From Oopsacas minuta (Eukaryota > Animalia > Porifera): 64,000 bases of DNA. The stretch is from contig JAKMXF010000365.1 of assembly GCA_024704765.1 (NCBI GenBank), positions 682,001-746,000 of the forward strand, given 5' to 3'. Positions 34,935-47,348 of this stretch are shown here, in pieces. The notes below the pieces were generated by a model. That model was not told the DNA's origin and did not search any database. It saw nothing but the letters and a program-made list of their open reading frames with translations. A program made the translations under genes and the position numbers. The first letter of the stretch is position 1. Each line of letters starts with the position of its first letter.

Positions 34935-35427
34935 GTAACCTCTATCTATTGCCCCAAATACGAAGAGTTTGTATATGATACTATGATATTTCTAGTTATT
35001 TGATGCTAAAAGATGTTTATATATATATATATTTGGAGCTATAATTAAACCGCAGATTACTTGATAATGTTAACCAATAATCCGTTTAATCTCACGAAAA
35101 TGAAAACTTATATATCCTCAGCTCTATTGATGGGAATTACAATTATTACGTAAATATTCCTAGGAATATATTAAAAAGCATATTTTATTATTATTATTGA
35201 CGATCGAAACATTCTTAATATTTTACTTAAGGAATCCTCTATATTATTTAATTCAGACTGCAATCCAACAAATAACTGTATAGTAGTACCATGTGGTATC
35301 TCTCCCTCAACCAACATAATTGTATATTATTAATACAGTGTAATCAGGCAAAAAGATAGAAACATAGCATTCTATGTCATAACTTAATACACAGACAGCC
35401 TATTCAATAGCCTTGTAATAATACACG

Positions 35428-35766
35428 TTAGTGTCCATATTTGTGGAACTCCCAGTCTCTGTTATCTAGCGGACAAACTTGTCTGGTCTTGAGCCATCTG
35501 GAAATACAGTGGAAATGGAATGCATGGTTGCACACGCCCCATGCTACAGTACACTCCTCACTGGTAGCAGAAGCCTGATTAGCCTGACACTCAATGCAAG
35601 GTTCCATTATTTGGTTTCTACAAATTGCACAATTGTCCACTACAATATCCCAAGCCCATAGTGCTACTGCGTTCCATTTCTTTACTTCAAAGCGTTTCTT
35701 ATCTGACTTGTTAGACATATTGGTAGAGCTCGTAGGCTCCTCGAGTTCCATTGCTAAAGGATCCAT
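35428..35766 (-). CDS. RBX1: RING-box protein 1, intronless
   Basis: [70 protein letters not shown]. Confidence 0.98.
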   Translation of the reverse strand: MDPLAMELEEPTSSTNMSNKSDKKRFEVKKWNAVALWAWDIVVDNCAICRNQIMEPCIECQANQASATSEECTVAWGVCNHAFHFHCISRWLKTRQVCPLDNRDWEFHKYGH

Positions 35767-35907
35767 TACTAACAGCTAAAGAATAATACAAGTACAATTG
35801 AATTATATTATAAAACTAAAATTACAGCTAAAAACCCATAGTCACTACTACTAGAACTTTATTACAGATATATATTATGTAACAAAAGTATAAAATAGTA
35901 TAATTAT

Positions 35908-37404
35908 TCACAGAAATTTGATCTTCATTTTGTTCCGATACAATACCATAACAAAGTAAGACAATATAAACTCATACACAATAAGATAGCATAAAGCTGA
36001 TTTTGTTGATACAGTTCCTGTATCCACGACTAGATTAACAAGTCCGGTCAGTATATTAGCTACTAGGAAATAAGCTAGCTGATTGTAGTCTATAGCTTGG
36101 ACTATGGATGATATATAATAGTTCTTATTAGCTACTTGAAAGTCATCAGAAGAACGCTCGATTTGAATATTTAAATTGTATGACGTAGTGCTGGTGGTGG
36201 AAGATTCTGAATTATTAGTAGTTCTGTCTTTCTTGCATTCTCGCATTGAAGCAACGAATAAAGTTATTATATCGATTGTAAGGAATATACTCACAAATAG
36301 GAGTATCAGTGCAACCATCCACAATATGTAAGGGAGATTAGTTAGACGTCTAGATATCGGCTCGATGTGATTAGTAGTAAGATAAAGTAGTCCCCATGCA
36401 AATACGTTTAGACAGAAAATAACTAATGAGAATATACTCCACTCCCATACAGTCTTACGCTCTGTGAATATCATAGCCCCTATGCTTACACTAATAAGAT
36501 ACAGAGCAGTAAATCCTATACATGAGTATATGCCTTCTCTATTAGAGGAGTATAGACCATCTCTCTCTGCATGTAGAATGAACTCTCTCAATCCGTGCTT
36601 AACCAACCAGTACTGATATAGGATACATATGATACAAGCAACTATACTGGAGTTTATCGATATTTTCTGAGGAAGGAGGGGTAATATCAAAGCACCTAGT
36701 ACTCTCACACACCCAATAGTGAAGAAGAAATTCCAATGAGACCCGTATTCATATAGAGGAGTGCCCTTATCCAATATTGTTACTATTGCAAGACGAACTA
36801 GTCCTATGAAGAATAGAGGAATAGTTCCACGAACCTCCATGTAGATAACCTTCCAGTATTCACTCCAGCTGGACAGAGACGGAGAATCACGTCGTGCGTA
36901 TCTAGACGTGATACCGTGTGCTACTATGAACAGACCTACACCTACATCCATTAACCCAGTACCATAATTATGTGTCTTGCCATATCTACTAGGAAATAGA
37001 GAAAAGAAGTCTACAGCTAGAATACTGACACATGACATTAAGTTAATATACGCTCTTAAGTTTGAAATAAATGGTAGAGTTGTTGGAAAGGGAGAGCGTA
37101 GTACAACCCAGATACCGGGGAAGTAATTTATACTGTGGGTAATCGTGAGAAGAATCACCAAGAAAGAGAATACAGATATAACAGTGTATGCTGAATTCAG
37201 GTGTTGAGGTAGAATCGTGAAGGTTAATAATGTGAACACTGGTATGAGTAGGAAATCGATAACATAGGTGAGTTTACTGCGTGAAATGTTTTCTGAGAAA
37301 GAGTATAACAAGTTACGCAGTAGAGCTGCTAGAACAGCAAGGATAATAACTAGCGTTATTTCGTGGATGGAAGCGCGCTTATTATCAACTTCCATTATCT
37401 CCAT
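35908..37404 (-). CDS. PIGW: GPI inositol acyltransferase PIG-W/GWT1, intronless
   Basis: Multi-TM ORF with FISNLRAYINLMSCVSILAVDF, RYGKTHNYGTGLMDVGVG, YEYGSHWNFFFTI, NREGIYS, PISRRLTNLPYILW; first ATG at 37404. Confidence 0.93.
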   Translation of the reverse strand: MEIMEVDNKRASIHEITLVIILAVLAALLRNLLYSFSENISRSKLTYVIDFLLIPVFTLLTFTILPQHLNSAYTVISVFSFLVILLTITHSINYFPGIWVVLRSPFPTTLPFISNLRAYINLMSCVSILAVDFFSLFPSRYGKTHNYGTGLMDVGVGLFIVAHGITSRYARRDSPSLSSWSEYWKVIYMEVRGTIPLFFIGLVRLAIVTILDKGTPLYEYGSHWNFFFTIGCVRVLGALILPLLPQKISINSSIVACIICILYQYWLVKHGLREFILHAERDGLYSSNREGIYSCIGFTALYLISVSIGAMIFTERKTVWEWSIFSLVIFCLNVFAWGLLYLTTNHIEPISRRLTNLPYILWMVALILLFVSIFLTIDIITLFVASMRECKKDRTTNNSESSTTSTTSYNLNIQIERSSDDFQVANKNYYISSIVQAIDYNQLAYFLVANILTGLVNLVVDTGTVSTKSALCYLIVYEFILSYFVMVLYRNKMKIKFL

Positions 37405-37843
37405 TACTTTAGCCGTGGTTATTTCTTGTATTGAATTGGGGCTAAATAAATCCCAACTATCACAAACTAGAAACATTAATATAAGAATACAATAATATCC
37501 ATAGCTTGGATTATTCTAAGGGGAGGGTAACCTCCTCTAAGGAGAAGTCTAGATCTAACCGTGCCCTTATGGCATTCGAGCCAATATCACGAGGGTACAG
37601 TTATTGTTGTAAAATTTAATATCAATAAGTGATTGTGTAATGTACTAATGTGTGTAGTTTGTGTGTAGCGATTTAACAAAATAATAGAGTACTATACAGC
37701 CATTAACCTAGATATATTGCATTATGAACAATTCTACCAACAAGTAATTAATAAAAACAGGTTTAAGTATTGAAAAGATGTGTATTATCATTGCTACATA
37801 AAGTGATCGGGTCGCTAATTACAAACTAACCTAAAGAGCAGAG

Positions 37844-40800
37844 CTAGGAGTTAGGAGGAGATTGAAATGTTGGACTATTGCATTTACGTTTTTGATCGCT
37901 AAAATTATCATTTTCTTCAATATCTGTTACTAGTTTTAGAAATTGAGGTCGTGGTCGAGTTAAGTTCTTTTTGTAAACAAGATCCCTTTTCACAGGGGTG
38001 GAGCCGGTGGGGATATCACGAGACATTTCAAGATTTTCTAGAGAAGTAACACACTCAGTATTTAGGTCAGATATTGACGTCATTACTTCTTGTTGATTAG
38101 TCTCCATCATAGTGAATTCCTGCAGGAACTTATCTCCTGTCTCTGTAATATATTCCTCACAAAAGTCAGATATTCTCGTGTCTAAGTCCTCTGCTATCAC
38201 AGCATTGTTTGCTAAAAATGATTTGTAATCTTCATTGAATCTATTACTGGTATGTCCTAATATATTTTGTTGCTCTAATATCCCATCAAGTACACCACTA
38301 ACTCTACTGGTTACTTCGTCTCCTACTATCCCCAACTTTTCTCTGAAATCAGTTTCTAGAGAGTTCATCTTTTCGTTTACTTCCTTACAATAAGCTCCGT
38401 TTAAATCCTTAAACTCTTCACCCAGAAGTAGTTTGATGTCTTCTCCAATCGTTAACTTATCTACCGAGGAACTACCTCTCTCTTTCACCTCCTCCAGCTG
38501 CTGGATACTCTCTGCTACCATTTGTCTGTGTTTAATCTTCTCCTCTTCAAAGTTCTCCTCAAAAAGATCACCCCTCCCAATTAGTATATCTCCTCTCTTG
38601 TTACAGGAATTCTTAACCAGCTCCGTGAGACGTATCTTCATTTCATCTAGTTCTGCTTCAATATTACTACACACAGCTTTTGTCTCTTCTTTCTCAAATT
38701 CTCTATGTTTATTTAGATGTACTAACATGTTATTTTTATGAGAATCAATTAGCTTCTCATAACTTGCTCCCTCCTTGTTTATACTCTCCTGTAGCTCTTC
38801 TAGTTGTTGTGATTGTACAGCCTGCAGCTGTTTAAAATGTTGACATATGTCATCAATCTTCTGACTGGATGAGATAATCTTTTCTTCCTGCTCGCTCTGA
38901 AATGTATTTATACGTTTTATCACACTCTCTAGACCGTTGCCTAGAAACTTAACCATACCCTCTAACTGAGTTTGTGTGGAATTATTCTGAGATTTTACGT
39001 TATCTTCTATAGAACTGAGACCAGAGAGCTGTTGAGAGCAGGATTCCTCCAAATTAATCTGTTGTATATCAGAGAACTCATGTAACTGTAGCATGACGTC
39101 ATTCAATGCTATTGCTGTCTCTTGTAACTCTTGTATTGAACATTCATTCCAACAACTAATGTCATATCTACAAATATATACACACAGATATATGTACTGC
39201 AGTTAAGAGCTAATTACTCAAATAAGATTTCTATTTTCTCAATAGCCAATACCATATGGCATGAGCTATGAGTCGACAATAATTAATTATACTAAATTGA
39301 TATACGTATGTGGTATAAGTTTTGTATGCTTCATAGATGGCCAATAGATGGATAAAAACAAAATAGTACAACACACACCTGAGATTATTGAGATGACTAG
39401 AATGCAGATTAGCATATTCACTGAACATTTGACCCTGACTATTCAATTGCATTAGCAAAGATAGTCTAAATGTCTCTAATGTCAATAGGTTTTTCTGTTC
39501 TACACTTCTCTTCCTCTTCAGTTTAGCGTGTAGACCTGATATATCTTTCTCAGAGTCTTGTACTGTGTGTATTAGATTTTGAGCATCCTGGAATATCCTC
39601 TCTTCACTCTCTTTGTAATGGTCTGCTAGTTTCTCTTGTACTTTTCGTTCTGTTTCGGTTTCTTGTAAACGTTGTTTCGTATCCTACATACAAAATAATA
39701 AATATACAGAAAGTATGTTTTCAACAAATATATAATTATAAATAATATGATAAGACAAATAATAACCTCTAAGTGAGTTCTTTCTTGTTCCAATTCAGAT
39801 TTTTTCTCATTGAGTTGATCCTGTGACTCTTCAAATAGAGAAGTTAGTTTCTTCATCTGATACATATTAGCACCTATTTTCTCCTCAAGCTCTTCAATAT
39901 TAGTCTTCTGAGACTGAATAAGAGTTTCCATCCCTACATAGTTCTCCTTGCTTACGAATATACCGCTCTTCTCACGAGTGGATAACAGGTCTCTCTTGAG
40001 TCTCTCTATCTCAGAAGTATACTCATTGATCAATTCTTTCTTAGTCAGTTTTTGGTTTATCTCTGGCCTGAATAAACAGGGAAATAGCATATTTGCCAAC
40101 CTACGCCACCCCCCCGGAATATTAGAAAAATCCCTGTGTGCATATTTTCCAAATAATAGCCTGGGGGAAATTTCTATTTTTATGAAACTTTGAAGTCCTG
40201 ATATTTAGCATATAAATAAAGGGAAATTATGATAAGAGGTTAGTAAGTGTGTAATAAAGCTTATGTTATATGCTTCTTACTGACCTGTTCATTATATTCT
40301 TAGCTCTATGAGCGTAGTCTAGTGTAGATAGACTCTCCTCCATATTCACTAGTGCAGGGGATATCGTAGCTATTATAGAGGTCTTAGTACGGCCTCCTAA
40401 TGAGTCTTGTAGCAGTCTGGTTAGCTTACTCTCCCTGTAAGGAATATGAGGACTGTGATCCACGAGTCCTGTGATAACACGTCCAAGAGTGAGCAAGCTC
40501 TGATTGATAGAACCTGCCTCTCTTGCTCGTTTATCAACAGCTCCAGACCTGCCGATGTTCTCAGATCCAGCTAGATCTACCAGATTAAGCTTGCCTACCT
40601 TGACCAGTTCCTCGTGTCCTACCTCCATACTCTTCTCCTTGATGTATGCTGTCACCAGGAATACAGAATGGCTTCTAGACGATTGAGCATTCAACAGGGT
40701 GCTAGCTGTTTGTCTCTTGGCTTGTCCTCTCTCCAGGACAACATATACATCTTCCTTATTGTATACCGTTACCTCGGCTAGTCCTTGTACTATACAGGAC

Positions 40801-41410
40801 CCACGGTGTGTGCTATCTTCAAACAATCGTAGCTTGTTGGCGTCATCAACTGGACTTAACAGATCGAATAGCTCTTCATTGTACAGCTCCATGAATGATA
40901 CCTGTTGGGTAATAAAATATAAAAGATAATTCCTATTATTTGTATTATGTCTACCTTCATAGAATATTCTAATCCCTGTTGATTTAGATTCTCAAACAGA
41001 TAGTGCATACTCCTGGGTATAATCCCAGCCATGGGGTCTTGTTCCCATGAGAGAGACCCCTTAGGGCTCCTCTCCCCTATCATAGTGTATGTCTTGCCAG
41101 TACCAGTTTGTCCATACGCGAATATAGTACAGTTATATCCAGCTAGCATTTGGTTTATGACGGGCAGAGCTGCGCTTTTAAACACCTCAGGCTGAGTGCT
41201 GTCAGGGCCAAACACTCTGTCAAATGTGAATGTCTTAGTAGCGTTCCTCTCCTGGACATATACCTCCTTCTTAACCGGGTTTGTGTTTATACATGTTAGA
41301 GAGCCCAGCTGTTTCTCCTGTACACTACGTGGTCTACTCCTAACTATAACCTGTATGTTAGTCTCCTTGTTCTCTGACTTCTCTTTGACGAGTTTAATGG
41401 GTTTACTCAT
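37844..41410 (-). CDS. KIF11: Kinesin-5 (Eg5/BimC family), 5 exons
   Basis: [73 protein letters not shown], coiled-coil stalk and BimC-box [10 protein letters not shown]. Confidence 0.96.
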
Positions 41411-41722
41411 AGCTAGTTACAAACAGAATACGTAATAATATTACGATATAAATATACTCTCAGGGCTCTCAATCTGGAAATTTTCAAATTCGTGAGATCT
41501 ACCATTTAGTATTGGTTTTGTGTGAAGAGATTTTGTATTAAGATTAGACCCGAAATCGTGAGAGTTGAGAGCCCTGCGTTTTCTAAATTCCTTAAATATA
41601 GAAAATATGAATAATCAAAGTATAATAAATAAATAGATCAGCATACAATGGAATAAAATACTCGAAATAAGAAATTCTAAAAGTGATTAGTTAAAATGGG
41701 AGAGTGGTACTGTCCGTTGCAC

Positions 41723-44320
41723 TTATACCAACCTAAGGTTTATCAATAACGCGTTGAAAGAGTGTTCTATACTTTCAAAAGTTATTAATAACAAAAACAT
41801 TAGGAGCAGGAGCAAGAGAATAAGGATTATAGATACTCTACTCCATCTCATTTCTCTTTTGCAACTCTTAACTAATCCATCATAATTCTTCATTATTTGC
41901 TTCAGTTCCCTTGTTACCTGTGATTGCTGTGAAATGAAGTGGGAGTGTTCTTTGGGAAATGAAGGCCATCGACTCTCCTGTGCGGGTTGTGTCATGAACC
42001 TCTCTATAGCGATCTGTACCATATCCTCATTTAATATTACAGAGTCAGAATTGCTTATAGTGCTCTCCTGTGGCTGAGGTGGAGCACGGCCCTCAGTGCG
42101 AATTTTATCAATTGTATTAGATCTATACTTCAGTTTATCTACGTATTTGAAGCATAACTGGAAATTAGAATCATCTTCATGCTGCTGGGAGAGACACCCT
42201 ACCATCTCTGCAGTGACCACCACCTCATCCATGGAGGTGATGAGAGAGATTAAATTAGCACGGAATGTCTCTTCCAATTCAAAGAACGTATCTTGTGTAA
42301 CAGATTGAGCTAGTATAGCAATACACTCATCTAGACAACTAGAGTACTCATGCATACGTTCTAGCTTCCTATTCAAATTGATTCTACTCTGTCTAAGTCT
42401 GTGACGAGTAGAGAACACATCTGCTTCAAATGCTACCTGAAAGGCTCGCCAATCTTGTTCAAACTTTTCAAACTCTTCCCCGATGTCTGTATCTGACGTC
42501 TTGTTATAGATAGAATCCGTATAGGGTAGTGGCATAGTTATAGAATCAGGACACAGATCATCAAGTATACCATCTCCTACGTTAAAAGATAATTTCTTAC
42601 GGTTCATTATGTTGGACCTCATGATATCCTGATGTACTTCATGGAGATAGGCCTGCTCCACTAAATCCACTTCATGCAATGCTGGCATCAAATACTCGTT
42701 GAGATCAAACTCAACACACTTATCCTTAGATCTTGTGGCTTTAAGGAGACCACGAGAGCCTTTACGTCTAGCTGGTTGTGTGGGTATTATCTGCTGAGGA
42801 TCAATTACTTCAGATTGTGTTCGTTTAGCCTGTCTTTTCCTATTATAAGCAGATAAATTGCTATCAAGTAACTCAGTAGAGGATGAGTATTGACTCAACA
42901 AAATTCCTTGCCTCATTTTCACACCTCCATTAGATTGTATATTTTCCTCATTAGGCACTGACTGTTCTAATTCAGTAGTTAATGATTGCTCATCTATTTC
43001 TCTTATAACTGGTTGTATTTCTTCTATTTTCACAGATTCTGTGGCTTCTGTAGCTATATTTGCACTAGTTTGCTCTTGAATAATTTCTACTGATAGTCTA
43101 TGAGAAGATTCTGATTTTGATTGTTTGGAGCTTTCTTTTCTCTTTCCCAGAGATCTGGAGCAGTCTGCACTACACGCTGCCTTCTCTGTGAAGTTAGACG
43201 GAAAACTTGAGCTGAGACAAGAAGAATCAGAGTAACGTCTGTATATCGTTGGTTCACTCTGTAGAAGCATGCTCAATTCACGAGATGCCTGACGGGAGAA
43301 ACTGAATGTGACGTCAGAAAGAGATCTCCTTGGGTCAAAGAATTCAGATATATTCAGTGACGTATCAAGTTCAGTGTTCTGTTGATCTCTTGGCACACTT
43401 TTTATTCTAGGAAATGAGTAAGCTTCATCTTCAGACGATGAAGATGAATTGGAGGAGGCAGTTAACAGCCAGGAGATTATACCCCTGTTATGAGGTAGAT
43501 CATTATTATCGACTGTCTGTGTACCCTGTACCCAATCCAGTATACTATTGTTAGCTTGAACTTTATCTAATTTCTTTTTGAAGTGTTTCAATCGGCCCTT
43601 CACATGAGACTCTACCATAGAGATAGTAAGAGAAGGTCTCACATTTCTTTCACCAGTACCCTTTGGGAATGTATTATCAATTGTATCCATGATAGCTCTT
43701 AGATGGTGTTGTTCTCGTTCTTTATAATCTTCTACCATAAGGAACATAACTGATTTAGTTATAACAGCATCTACAGTGGAAGATGCAATACATTCCAAAG
43801 CACAACCTGTTGCATACATCTGCTGCTGGTAATAATGCTCTACTAGAGATTGCATCCATTCTTCCATACTTTGTGGTGTAATATTATCATCCTCTATGGA
43901 GACTACTCCCCCAGGGGTTGAAGCAGATATAAGGGTCTCTAGTTCCTCGAGGATTTCACGGGCACACCCCCGGAACTTTATAGCCAATAGAGAGCTAAAA
44001 TCTTGCTCATTAGTCGAATCTTCTAATGAGAAATCCGATATAAGTGGATCACAATTATCCGTTGATTGCTCCTTAGGGAATGAACTGTCTAAGGTAGGTT
44101 CTCTATTGGAGAATTGTTGTACTAGTAAGGCCCACTTTATGCGAAGAGACTCTACTATATTACTTAAATTGTCTGATCTGTCAGACAAGGTTATATGTGA
44201 AGTGTGTTTAATCTCGGATAGCTTGGGAGGACGTTTCTGGAGAATGACGTTATCACTAGTGGTAGTTATGTTTGGAGAAGATGAAGAGATATCAGAAGAT
44301 AAGGCGCTGGGATGAGACAT
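41723..44320 (-). CDS. Tail-anchored IRAG/LRMP (MRVI1/Jaw1)-like coiled-coil protein, intronless, 865 aa
   Basis: EQDWRAFQVAFEADVFSTRHRL...VVVTAEMVGCLSQQ...FKYVDKLK parallels the recalled LRMP/IRAG IP3R-binding coiled coil (EAEFLRLSLGFKCDWFTLEKRV...VASRAEMLGAINQE...QHVENLK); a single C-terminal TM segment follows. Confidence 0.62.
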   Translation of the reverse strand: MSHPSALSSDISSSSPNITTTSDNVILQKRPPKLSEIKHTSHITLSDRSDNLSNIVESLRIKWALLVQQFSNREPTLDSSFPKEQSTDNCDPLISDFSLEDSTNEQDFSSLLAIKFRGCAREILEELETLISASTPGGVVSIEDDNITPQSMEEWMQSLVEHYYQQQMYATGCALECIASSTVDAVITKSVMFLMVEDYKEREQHHLRAIMDTIDNTFPKGTGERNVRPSLTISMVESHVKGRLKHFKKKLDKVQANNSILDWVQGTQTVDNNDLPHNRGIISWLLTASSNSSSSSEDEAYSFPRIKSVPRDQQNTELDTSLNISEFFDPRRSLSDVTFSFSRQASRELSMLLQSEPTIYRRYSDSSCLSSSFPSNFTEKAACSADCSRSLGKRKESSKQSKSESSHRLSVEIIQEQTSANIATEATESVKIEEIQPVIREIDEQSLTTELEQSVPNEENIQSNGGVKMRQGILLSQYSSSTELLDSNLSAYNRKRQAKRTQSEVIDPQQIIPTQPARRKGSRGLLKATRSKDKCVEFDLNEYLMPALHEVDLVEQAYLHEVHQDIMRSNIMNRKKLSFNVGDGILDDLCPDSITMPLPYTDSIYNKTSDTDIGEEFEKFEQDWRAFQVAFEADVFSTRHRLRQSRINLNRKLERMHEYSSCLDECIAILAQSVTQDTFFELEETFRANLISLITSMDEVVVTAEMVGCLSQQHEDDSNFQLCFKYVDKLKYRSNTIDKIRTEGRAPPQPQESTISNSDSVILNEDMVQIAIERFMTQPAQESRWPSFPKEHSHFISQQSQVTRELKQIMKNYDGLVKSCKREMRWSRVSIILILLLLLLMFLLLITFESIEHSFNALLINLRLV

Positions 44321-44920
44321 GGTGTAGTAGTTGTAGATGAATTGTCTCTAGGTAGAATTTACATAGTCAATTAGTCATATTGTAACGTTAACATTCCTGG
44401 AATGAACATGTATAAAGATTGCCTTCATTTCAGTGAGAACATGACAATACAGATTGATACACACAATGTTTTGATGATGCAAATGATCAATAATGAAACT
44501 ACAAAAAGTGTTCATAGTTAAGCCAGCCAAATTTGGTCCTGGGCCAGTTTTGGCAGCTAAAGCAGGAGCAGAGCAAGCTCAGGAAAACCGGTCCGGTCAT
44601 CTAATGTAACCGAACAAGCTAAGCCAGCCATCAACAATAGAACTAACATTGTTATACTACAAATCCTGTCCGGCTGTGCGGAATACTACGGCCCCTGTAA
44701 AGTGGCTCGCCCGTCTTTATGCTTCCTATATCATTCCCCATCAGAAAAGTTCTCTAATACACGCATTTCTATATTAATTAACAACTGGTTAATACAAGAA
44801 TATGTAGAACAACACGAAACTAAACTCATTTGCAACAATATTGATAGAGAATGTATACACTGAATGCAGTTCATGCATAGAAGATATTATCTATGAACCT
44901 ACTCGCTCAAAGATAAATAT

Positions 44921-46991
44921 CTAATCTTCAAGCTTCCTAAAAGAATCTACCATCCTGTCATGCAAAACAGCAAAATCAGCTTTGATCCTCTCCTCTCCAT
45001 CTTTATTCGGATCCTTGAACTTCATGCTAGACAACTCGTATAGAACCTCATTCATGTGTTCTTTGATTGCATTCCATGTTATCTTGTTATCAGATTTAGA
45101 TGTGCTCTCTACAGCGTGTTTAGCTAGGTTATAGAATGAAACAATATTTTTCAACATACCAACTGTTTTGTAGAAGGGACAATAACGATCATATTTGGTG
45201 TAACCGTTCTGTTGTAAGAAATCATCTTTTATAAGTTTGGCTACTTCTAGTGTAATCTTATCCGTCTCAGCTAGAGAGCTCTTACCTACTAACTGTACAA
45301 TTTCAGAGAGATCTTCTTCTTCTTGTAAAATCTCCTTTATAATAGTTCTTAGAGGCACGAAGTCTGAATGATATTTCTCGTAGTAATCATCAAGAGCTCG
45401 CATGTATTTCGAATATGATATCAACCAGTTTATAGAAGGGAAGTGTTTCCTCTGAGCCAATTTCTTGTCTAACCCCCAGAACACTTGCACGATACCTAGT
45501 GTCTGGGCAGTGACAGGATCTGCAAAGTCTCCTCCTGGAGGAGACACAGCCCCCACAATACTCACAGAACCTTCTCTCATGGGATTACCAATACAGCTGA
45601 CTCGACCAGCACGTTCATAGAAGGAAGCCAATCTAGCCCCCAGGTAAGCGGGATACCCATTCTCCGCAGGCATCTCTGCCAGACGACCTGAAATCTCACG
45701 TAACGCCTCTGCCCATCTACTGGTAGAATCTGCCATCATACTAACATTATACCCCATGTCCCTGAAGTATTCAGCTAGTGTAATACCAGTGTAGATAGAT
45801 GCTTCTCTAGCTGCTACTGGCATGTTAGATGTATTAGCTACGAGTGTAGTACGTTTCATTATACTCTCTGTTTTACCGCCTATTTCTACTTGTAGCTCAG
45901 GGAAGTCTCTCAATACTTCAGACATCTCATTTCCTCTCTCTCCACACCCAACATATATGATGATGTCAGAATTAGAGAATTTGGATAATGACTGTGATAT
46001 GACAGTCTTACCGCATCCGAATGCACCTGGTATAGCTGTAGTCCCCCCTTGTACACAGGGGAACAGAGAGTCTAGCACTCGTTGTCCTGTTAGTAGTGGA
46101 AAGTTAGCTGCTAGCTTCTCGTTAACTGGTCTCAGCTGTCTAACTGGCCATATCTATAAATAACACAATAATTGTATAACATATTAAAACCTAGCATAGA
46201 TTACTGATACTGTTAACTCCCGTTATATCGAAGCTCAAGGGACCGCGATAATTACTTCGATATAACCGGTGTAATTAGGTTACTTTTGACGGTTTGTGGC
46301 CATATGTGTACAATAACAGGCTTTGATATAAGCGGGTATTTCAATATATCCGTATTCGATAATACGGGAGTTGTGTGTATATAATATATACCTGCATCAT
46401 AGAGTATTCAGATTTCTCTCCATGGAATTCCAACTCTAACACTATATCATTAACAGTGTACTCTCCCTCCTCAGCAATACGAGTGATGGTACCTGCCCCC
46501 TTAGGTATTAACATAAGCTTATGCGCCACTAGATTGTTCTCTTGTACCAATCCGTATATATCTCCCCCAGTTATGTGACTACCTACTCGTAGGTTTTTCT
46601 CAGGTCTAAAATGCCATTTTGCATCCATATCGAGACTATTAGCATTGATACCTCTGGGAATATATATACTCTGTGTGATCTCTGATATGTCCTTGAGAGG
46701 ACGCTGAATCCCATCATAGATACTCCCCATAATTCCAGGACCTAGTTGTACTGAAAGGGGCTTCCCAGTTCTGAGCACAGGGTCTCCTACAGTTACTCCA
46801 GAGGTCTCTTCATAGACCTGAATAGTAGCAAGATCACCCTCCAGACGGATTATCTCTCCCACTAGCTCCGAGTGTCCGACACGTACCAACTCGTACATAG
46901 CAGCTCCTGCCATCTGTTTAGCTATAACCACAGGACCAGATACACCCTTAATATATCCATACATGCTCTCTTTCTCTTTGTCAAAATCCAT
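44921..46991 (-). CDS. ATP6V1A: V-ATPase catalytic subunit A, 2 exons (46991-46392, 46153-44921); no intein
   Basis: [18 protein letters not shown]|IWPVRQ, P-loop [42 protein letters not shown]. Confidence 0.98.
46210..46377. mobile_element. Family-1 pogo-type MITE in the ATP6V1A intron, inverted relative to the 27494 copy
   Basis: TA|CTGTTAACTCCCGTTATATCGAAGCTCAAGGGACCGCGATAATTACTTCG ... CGGGAGTTGTGTG|TA. Confidence 0.8.
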
Positions 46992-47348
46992 TGTATGCTG
47001 ATGTAATCAGCCTTGTTTCTAAGTCTAATAACTAGCTAATCATAAGAGATGTAAGGAAATATGTGGCAAATCTAAGTTAGTGTCACGATTAACGGGATGC
47101 CATTTGACATTGTATTCGCCAAACTTAACAATCCAACCGATTGTGTAATGGCACGACACCTCAGTTTCTAACACCCAAATTAATGAATTGAGTAGAACAC
47201 AATCCCATATTTGCAAATACATATACAATATACTGATCCTATATACTAGTTGCAACACAAATAACTATTGGTACATAACCTCACTCTAGTAGAGATATTC
47301 AATTCAGTGAGGATACCCTAATGCTGAACTAGTATGGATAAGATAGTC

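Noticed and set aside
44921-46991. Possible VMA1-type intein in ATP6V1A
   Set aside because: The GAFGCGKT region is continuous and the protein is of normal length; the only insertion is a spliceosomal intron containing a MITE.
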